A stretch of DNA of 56,173 nt, filler included, from Catajapyx aquilonaris (lineage: Eukaryota), in NCBI GenBank assembly GCA_000934665.2. It is 3 parts of 3 records of this genome, joined end to end, with 100 filler letters (N's around TTAATTAATTAA, not from the genome) between each part and the next. Parts side by side here need not be neighbours in the genome. Positions count along the whole stretch, not along the records: positions 37,626 to 56,173 come from JYFJ02006662.1; 2 more parts are not named here. The stretch is one strand, 5' to 3'. Both the position numbers and the translations under genes were made by a program. The stretch's first letter is position 1. The number at the start of each line of letters is the position of its first letter. Under the pieces are notes generated by a model. It worked only from the letters and a program-made list of their open reading frames with translations, had not been told where the DNA came from and did no database searches. This document shows, piece by piece, positions 47,107 through 56,173 of the stretch.

Positions 47107-50100
47107 CTGCAATGAACAATAAGGTACCTATAGTAGAGATTGACGGGAATGTGCATTTCATCTGCACATACAAAAGACGCAGCTGAGAGTAATATCAAGA
47201 GCTTGGTAATATTGAGTAAATGCATGTAACTTCCTGTTCTCTACATTTACAGTTCTATGTACACTTGAGGGTGAGGTCACAAATACAGAGCAGAGAAGGT
47301 AAAATAGGTATATAGAGGTGCTCTCAATCTCATGCCAGGTGTGGCTGACAATAATAATCATATGTATAACTTTTGGGGGACTTCCACTCACAGATCTATA
47401 AATCAACAATGAGAGAATGATTGAGCATCTACCCAGAATGAATGGAGTTGGTTAGAAGTCTATCGTATTGATGTGACATCTTCTAAGCCACGCATTTTGA
47501 TTTCCTGTGCTGAACTCCTCCTCCACATAACGTTGAATCTTGAATGGTCTTAATCAGACCACAATGTATTCTAGGCCCCAATGTGACATCAATCAAGTCA
47601 TTTCGTAGGCCCAGTTGAATGATGGATGTTAAATCAGAGCAAGTGGTTACATTGTTTCGAAAAATGAATAACAAGGTACAAGGATCAACAACTTGTTTAG
47701 AGATTCATTATTGATCATGCCACCCACTCTTAGGCATCGGGTACACAAAAAGTGTCCCGATACACTGGCATTTTCCTAAATTGAGGGGACATAAGAACAT
47801 GACAAAAAAATCCCTTACTAAATTTTTCACTCAGATATGATCCAGCCACAGGCACAGCTATTTCACGACCAAAGAATATTATGGGTGCCATTAAGGCTGG
47901 CATAAGTCACTTTTTATCATTTTTTTTTCTGTAAGTGTCAAAGTTTGGCAACCACACTTCACTGCCTTCCATTATTGTGCATTTTCTAAGCATTAAATGG
48001 TAATTTTTGGACACACTTCAAGCAACATGGATGTATGGAAATTGAATCTATTAATATCGTGCAATTTATCATTATCTATTGGTCAGACTTTAAAATTTCA
48101 CGGATTACTGGTACCTCTGCCATAATCTTGCTATTACACAGCTCCACCAGTTTTTTAATAATGGACTGGATTGTTCATTATCATTGAAGGTGAGGCAGGT
48201 GCATCAATAATAGTAGAAGCATTAGCTGCTTCTCCTAATAACCCAGGCTGATAATAAGCTAATGACAGACGTGGCCTTGGGAAACAAGATATCCAGTTAC
48301 GACGTAATTGCTTGGCTTGGACGCTTGGTTACTGGCTAGTTTACAAGGAATGGCTGCCTTAGGACTGACTATAATACAGCAGACCAGAAGACCTCGGAAG
48401 TTCATAAGCAAGAACAGAAATGTAAAATAATACACAACTTCCGTGACGCGGGAATTACTGCATATTTCCCCTCTACACATATGCGCAAGGACTATCTCTG
48501 CTTCACTGTCTCCCAATAAAAAGTAGACTATGCCATTCCTCTCTACGTCTCATTTGTCCCACTCTCCCTTATATTTACGTCCTTAGATTTATTACCACCG
48601 ATAACCGCCACCAGAAAAATAAAATGCAGAGAAGGTACTTTAGCCAGATGAATAATGTTAAAGGGTCCAAGAATGGACACCCTGATTAACTAATCTAACT
48701 GGGCTGAATAAATGGATCCCATCAAATCGGCGGGGATCAGCTAACACATCGTGCGAAGTTGCGCTCCGGATCAAATTTCGTGTTCATTCTTGATTTATGA
48801 GCCAGCTGATTCTTCTCCGATTTGGAGGATCCTTTTATCCCATCCCACTGGTATTGACTGATCCTGGGCGTGCCCGCTCCTATGGATGTTGGGTTTATTA
48901 ATAATTTACCAAGTTTCACTTTCCAATTATCCACTGTTCTAGGAGAGCATCGCACTAGGACGATGGCATAAAGGCCAAAAGACGAGCCTGTATATTGCAA
49001 TCAAGCAATGTGGAAAACCCGCGACTGTGTGCCTTCACCTTCAGGGCACTGCATCAGTTGAGAGTAAATGTTGAAATAGGGCACAACGTCGCTTGGGCTA
49101 ATGATGCACTTTATTAGCCCCGCATCATCATAAGACCTATAACGTTCCTCCTGAGACGTGGAATCAAGACCCTTGAGAATAACCCGACGCAACTAGGCTT
49201 CTCCTTCACCTCTGGGGTATACCCTCAGGGTCCTCTGTAACCTGGCATCCTCCCAATCTGGCCCACCATACCAATCCTTGATTGAACTCCACCATTCAGG
49301 TGGTCACTACCATTCCTGCTAGTGATGAGGATGTTAGGTTCAATAAAAAGATTCGCATATGTATGCACTGTTATCTATTATTCCTATCAGTGACATCGGA
49401 AACAGAACGACTGGCCCGAAGCTTCTGCAAATGATCTATTACGATCGCGGAATATTTTTCGAAAATCGTTATGCACTGTAACGCTACCGGTGTCAAAGCC
49501 TTGGGGGCTTATAAGCGGATCAGTCAACACACAAAAACATTGCATAACTCATCGCAACCGACATCGTCAAATAGGCGTACAAACAAAGGGACGAGAAATA
49601 GAGAGGCTTGTCTTTCGCATTAAGAATCCCCGGCTTCGTGGGCCTTTATGTAAATTTAGCAGTTAATTTGATTGCCCAGAAACATGTTCGGAATATCGAA
49701 TGTGTAGAGGTCGAAGGCATCTTAGAACGCGGGCACATCGGCCAAAGTCATAATTTTAAGCAGGAAAAGGAGGAAAACGAGAAAAGGTATAGGCGCATTC
49801 CGCCAGAGTCAATTTCCTCCAGCTCTGTCTCTCGCCTGGCGATTCTATCATTCTTCAGATAGTGGTGCCTCTTTGAATGTAGATGTAGCCATTCTCACTG
49901 CACCATGTGGTGCGGTTAGCTATTCTCGCCTAGAAGTGCGAGCATGCACCTCACAGTCAGGCCCTGCACACCGTTTTTTTCACCCGAACTTTTTTTTCCC
50001 CGGCGGAAAAAGCACGGTTTCATTATCTTCTACGATTATGTTTCCATATTCAAGAGATCCATGAAGCAGCAAAAGTTCCTCTGGATTGAGCTTGGATAAG

Positions 50101-50659
50101 CCCTCACAAAGCCACACTGGGGAAAAGCGCTCTTCGTTTTTTCTTTTCATTTTCTTGTCTTGTATTCACCTTCGGGCTTTCAGAAGGTAACGCAATCGTC
50201 TATAGATATATGCACGTTCCAACTCAAACTGAAATGGTGAGCAATTTTTGGCACGAAACCTATTATCTTAAGCAGTATGTTCTAGCAGTGACCAAAAATA
50301 CTAGCTGACATTATTAGGTTGAATCAAGGTTGAATGGAAGAATTCCTGTGAGTTCTGAAATGCGATTAATTTTTGAATGACTTTTTTAAAAGTCATTGGT
50401 CAAAGGAAATGGTTGGACGAATTAGACTCTCCATCTAATTTGTCCAGAACCTCGATAAGTAGTTGCTTATACCACTAGAAGAACAGCGTGAGTTTGCTGA
50501 CCTATGCGCATGCGATAAATGTGTTTGCACAATCTCGTGCAGGAATGTATAGCCACACGGGCTTTCACCATTACTCTGAGCATAGGCCATCTTCGGTTGC
50601 CTATGCGGCGCGGAGTGAAGAGTGGAACGATATACTTTTCTGTGGCTACACAAGCTGGG

Positions 50660-50767
50660 AATAGATACATATCCAGCGCCGACGTAGGCACATTCACACG
50701 GTGGATAGACACACATCCAGCGTCGACGTAGGGACCTTCACACGGATGATAGATACATATCCAGCTG
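50660..50767. repeat. About 45-nt tandem repeat, 2.3 copies
   Basis: ATAGATACATATCCAGC..CGACGTAGG..TTCACACGG repeated. Confidence 0.8.
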
Positions 50768-50825
50768 AATTTTTAGAGCCCTAAGTTTCGTATACGAAAC
50801 TTAGGGCTCTAAAAATTCAGCTGGA
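50760..50825. repeat. Perfect 66-bp spacerless palindrome
   Basis: TCCAGCTGAATTTTTAGAGCCCTAAGTTTCGTA|TACGAAACTTAGGGCTCTAAAAATTCAGCTGGA. Confidence 0.97.
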
Positions 50826-53800
50826 ACACACTATACATACTGTATATATAGGTAAAGATGTTGACAATATAGGTACATAAGCGATATCCAGCTCTGCATA
50901 ATTTGACCTGGAGGGCAACCCAAATATTTCCTCCAACGAATAATGAGGAATGCCTGACATATTGTCCCAGTTTTTTATACATACCTCAGCCCCAGACAAT
51001 CAAAATTTTAGATTTATAACAGATATTTCTGACAGAAAATTGCCTGTCTCTGAGCGCCCATTTCCATTCTTCAAACATTCCTTTTGTCTTATTTTTTCTT
51101 CTGAAATATGCAGTGGGCACATAATATTGAGCAGGGCCACGACAAGGAATGGCTAACCGCAACTCATAATAAATAATGAATTCGCTCTCTATACCGAATA
51201 GAACAGCATGAGATTGATTGATTTCAGATTTTTCTACTATAATTTGTAAGCCGAGCAAGACCTGCGGGCCACCACATCATTCATAATGAGGAACACAGCA
51301 ATAATGGCCGCAAAATATTTTTAAAGGTGGATTAGAGAATGAATCACATGCACTTTTGAATAACAGGAAAGTAAACATGTTGACTGTTTATGATTAGTTT
51401 GTCACTATATAGGGAAACCACTTCATTATGTATAGTCATCCGTGGAGGTGAAGGGGCGTCAACTTGTGGTGGAAGCTCGCGTGCATACCGGATTTGCATA
51501 TTATACGCCGGATCGACCACAGTCTGCCTATGCCTGTAAGGGCTTAATAAAGTCTGCCTTTGCACGACACCGTGACGTTTGCTTCTGACATGTTTAATAT
51601 TCTCGAACACGCGTAGTCTATATGGACACAGCAGGCTAGATGTTCCTAATTAAAAGAATCTGGCCATTTGTCAATTTAGCACAATATTGCAGTTCCCCAT
51701 AAGTGTTATCAAAATTAATTTCCTATCACGATTGACTCCCAGATGCATTGGAGAATACCAAACAACAATACTCTCGACCTTTTCCTATCCGAGTTGTACC
51801 TGGCGAGTAAATATTACTCCAAGGGCCCCGCTGCCAGGAGGGGGATGGAGCTTAAGATAACCTGCAGGCCTGCTGTATATTCATTTACGCATTTATACCT
51901 CCCACGAGTTTCCCACCCTATATCAAGTTAATGCCCGGAGTTGCTATGGGTGTTCGAAAAGTCACGCATCGGGAGGGAGACCCCCCCCCCCCTCCCATAG
52001 ATCTTCGAATCGCGTGATACTACAGGGTGATTTCCATCCGAACACCTCCTCACATCAGCACCACTTATCGCGTGCAGGTAATTCATGACAAATCGCCCAA
52101 GAATCATCAGAAATGCCACCTTGCAGGGGTTTCTTTCCGCCCTAAAATGATCGCGTTGAAAACTAGAGAACACATTATTTTCCTGTTAGGGTCAATATGC
52201 CAGCATGCAAGAATTAATAAAATAGGCTGAATAATATTGAAATTTGGGTTAAATCAGTAATGACCCGATCGTTTGCTAGGCTAAAGATACTATCTGATTC
52301 AAAATAGTGTAGGAAATCCATCTGAGGCGGCAATTAAAAATGAAAATAAGGTCGATCGAATCAAAATATCAGCAGGCCTGCAACTCTCAACCTTTTCATT
52401 TTTAATGGAGCTTTTTTTCCACCTCAAGATATGCAACTATACAGCACAAAGTCCTGCTCAAGGAGTATTCACTGCCACTGAACTGTGCACTTTTTGTCAT
52501 TTACAGAAGTTCTACAACTTTTAACGTAACCTTTGATTACCTTCCTGTGCTACTCCTGTAGGCTACGCTGGAAGTTCGTTACAATATGCCGCAAGTTTCA
52601 CAAAATTTTGGTTCTAAATCACACACTTAGGGCATATTCAGCTATTAGTGACTTTTTGACTAATTAACATAATTTACGTTCAGTGCTACTATCAATAATT
52701 CACAGATATTTGATTTTGAAAATGACTATATGTTTCAGTGAAAGTTTAATGAATGAATGAATGAATAGTACTCACACGAAACATGCAATTAACTCTTTAT
52801 GTGCCGCAAAAGGTTTCGTTCCATGGATTGCTTTTAAAGGCAAATGCATCATACACGAGTGTGAAAAACCGGTGGTGGCAAAGTGTCAGGTAGAATTTTG
52901 CAGTACGGCATGCTTTGGAAACATGACGCCCCTTTAACCCGAAGCATTTTCGGAGAATAATATGGAATTTTGAATCATGTTGAATCATGAATGTTGGATC
53001 ATATCAGTGTACAATCGGTTAAGGACTGGGATTACCTTTCCACACCAGGCTGAGAAAAGCCTCAAACAGAGGTGCTGCCTCCCGCTGATGCAACATTTGA
53101 CTCGCATTTCCCTACGTAACACCTCTGCTGGAGGCTATTTCATGAGCCGGGTGTTGAAAGGTAATCCTTTAACCGACTGGTACTCGCTCGTAGATTTTGC
53201 CAAGTTTAGCAAGGTCAAAATACAGTATACACGTTAATAATCACCTTTTGAAACACAGACTGAATTATTGCGTCATTGTCATTCCTTCGTATTTCCTTTT
53301 TCCTCAGTATTGCTATTTCCTTTTTTATGTACTGCTCTTAAAATCAATTTCCCGGCAGAATCGGAATAACATGCGACTAAAATCAAATGACAATCACGAC
53401 CACAATCAACCCGCGTTTCTCACTCTTTCGCCTTCATATCTACAGAACATCTCATTTTGAGAAAAATCTAATGGTGAGCGTGTTCCCAGGCTGTGCATGA
53501 CATAGCTTGCAATTTGTATATCTGGCAGCAATATTCCGCGAGTATATCTACAGTACGAAAGTCTAGTGGTAATTAAAATGCGGCAGCAAGTGGGACAAGA
53601 GAGGCGCAGAAGTTGCCTAACTTACAGTAAAAATCCATTGAGGCCTCTATTATAAAGGCGATAGACAGCCGTCAGATCTGTAAGTCGTCACGCAGCAAAA
53701 CAGCTATCGTTCTTGTCATTGTGTGGATAAAAAAGCAATCAGTCGCCGAAATGAAGTTATTACATTGTAAGAAACTTTTGAATTCCACTCTCAATCTCCC

Positions 53801-56173
53801 TCTTCACTGGCGGGAGCTCAAGATTTCAGTGTTCTCAGCTTGCTTCTCAAGTTAGACATAACAAAACTACGAGCAACTCTCCAGACCTAACCTTTCTCGT
53901 GAGGACAAAATTGTCAGCCGCTTTTGCACATTTACAATTACACCCTAAAAATCAACAGAATCTTAACAGCTATAATATACTCTAACAATATCATTACTGT
54001 CCTCCATCGAAAATGACACGAAAACAAACCCTGAAAGAAGTGAACAAAACATGCTAACAAACTCGCATATATATAATTCAGTGTTATATACTTATTTCGA
54101 TGACATTCTTCTATTCCTAAGCATTTGGCCGCGGTAGTATATACTTATGCAAGAAAGGAACAGGTTCTTCATTCGCATAGCAAAATAGGGCCTATATCTT
54201 AGCAACTATCGTGACGTTACTCTATATGATATCTTTAGCTGTAATTTATTTAGTTTATTTGTGAGTTTGTGGATTATTTTGTTTGTTTGTGGCTTCGCTA
54301 TAGAAATCCAGGGGAATGCCCCTATACACCGCCTTAAACTGTAGGTCCTCGGTGGTTACTTTTTTCCAAGAATTTAATGGCGCATGTTTCAGCTTCAGAA
54401 AATGAGCCATACTCGCACGACACTCTATAGCTACTTTCTATGATCCATCATTCGACAATATTATTCGACAATTTTATTTGTTTGATGTCATTTCCATGGA
54501 AACTTGAAAAGTGAGAACTTCCAGGGGTGCATTCTCGGGTGTCCGCTTTCTACGTATTTCTCCATCAAATGCCTCCAAAGAACCGTTACACGTTTGGACA
54601 ATCTCCTGCTGCACAGAGGGAGCAATACAACAATGGCTTTCTATTTTGGCTACATTTATCTATAGCCTACTGACTTTGCAACATGTGCAACAACTTTGGC
54701 TCTGGAATCGTCAAGAATTGCTGCAATAATTGAGGGGTATGGTGCAAGAATGGGGTAAGTCAATTTTTGATCGGCGTTCATTTAACCCTGCCTGAGTTTT
54801 TTTGGCCATTTTAGTCTCTTTATGAAAAAAAATTCTAGTAGGAGTAATATTAATGAAAAACAATATGCTCCAATATTTATCATTTCAACTCGTGGTGGTC
54901 CTTTTGAATGTAAAATGCAGAAAAAATTCATCTACAGGGTGGTCCAGAAAAATTTTTAAAGTGCAATTAACTTGAAACGTAATTAAATTTACTTCAATTT
55001 TTAACGTCACTATAAAATTGTTACTGTGGTTACATAATACAACTAAAACACTGTACTTTGAGAAATTACCACGAGTCCAGACTTTGCATGTTGTCAAAAA
55101 CTTTCAGGCGGGAGGGGGTATGCTTAGCTCCCTCTGGGAGGCGGGAAAACTGATTAGCATACGCCATGGTAGTTGAGCCCCCTTCCACGAGGTGGTAGGT
55201 GCAGTTTGAGCCTCAAACTGCGCCATTTTTGTGTAAACTCTAGCGCTCCCAGTTCAAAAACCAGCAGGACATCATATGATGTCCGTAGGCATCAAAGGGT
55301 TAATGGGTGTAGACTATGGATAAAAAATTGCCGGATCGTTTGGTACAAGAACGGGAATCATCGCCCTGTGCAGGGTTACACCCTTCTGCCCTTTACAGGT
55401 AATGACAAACTTTGGCTTATTGTTGTCAATTAGCCCACTCCACAATGACCCGTTTTAAGGCATATCGATTATCGAGTGTACATGAAAAGCGAATTTTATT
55501 AACAAATAAACTTCCTAAAAATACAGATATGGATATCCCGACCACTACCACCACAACATATACCCGGGCAACGCCGGGTAACCTGATAGTTGTCTATAAA
55601 CACCAATGCGGGTGCAATCTCAGTACCTTCTCAGTACAGTGTTTCATTCCACGCATGGCAAGTGACAATGGTTTGTTACTATTCGAGCCAAAAAAAATCA
55701 GTATATTCAAAAATCATTAAGAATAATAGCATTAGTTCTGCTTGGAGAACCACCGTCCCCTAGTCTGGGACAGTTGGTGAGTTTCCCAGGTGCCGGTGAC
55801 GGGAGCAAGGCAGTTATTGCCGCGGTTTGCAGCCAAGCTGGCATTTGAAAGTCACGTGAAACACCCTGTACACCACAGGCAGCAGAGGATGCAATGGATA
55901 AAGGTGAAACGAGGCTTCACATTTTTCTCCTTGTTAGGAAAACTAGACAGAAGCACAGCGCACATGCCACAGATGCACGAACTCATGTGAGAACCCTACA
56001 GGCTTCTTATTATACGTGCATATACATGCATATACTGTATACAGGGGAGTGGATGGTAATTATGTTGCGCGTTTTTAAAAAAAGACACTTGTTCTACTTT
56101 ATCGCGGTTATGATTATTTAGGTAAACAATGCTTGTTTATATATACGAAGATTAAATATAATTTGCATAAACA

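Noticed and set aside
48259..48516. Hydrophobic ORF as a possible KCNQ S2-S3 exon
   Set aside because: Lacks the conserved WSAGC..RY..RPFC motifs and a suitable phase-1 donor
54786..55299. piggyBac-like TTAACCC...GGGTTAA ends
   Set aside because: Inverted match does not extend beyond CCCT

Overview
Eukaryotic, intron-rich animal genomic DNA, most consistent with an arthropod (inference from the protein sequences and repeat types). Two artificial 100-nt linkers (N44-TTAATTAATTAA-N44 at 18557-18656 and 37526-37625) split it into three segments, so adjacency across them is not guaranteed. Segment 1 has two convergent spliced genes. The first is a + strand 4-exon gene (213-4213) whose first three exons are missed by the ORF track. 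It encodes an MRG15/MORF4L1-type chromo-barrel domain joined to a tandemly duplicated Ser/Lys/Arg/Ala-rich basic tail, with no MRG domain visible. The second is a complete 12-exon ZFYVE1/DFCP1 gene (- strand, 11581-17716). Segment 2 is almost all transposon debris, including a four-level nest (Sola-like repeat > Helitron > rearranged Gypsy LTR element > PIF/Harbinger MITE). Segment 3 holds the 3' part (S3 to stop) of a KCNQ/Kv7 potassium channel gene (- strand) with two candidate cassette exons. Fold-back MITEs, a head-to-head mariner derivative and tRNA-derived SINEs are scattered throughout. Exon boundaries were read by hand from GT-AG sites and phase continuity; family assignments come from recalled motifs, not database searches.
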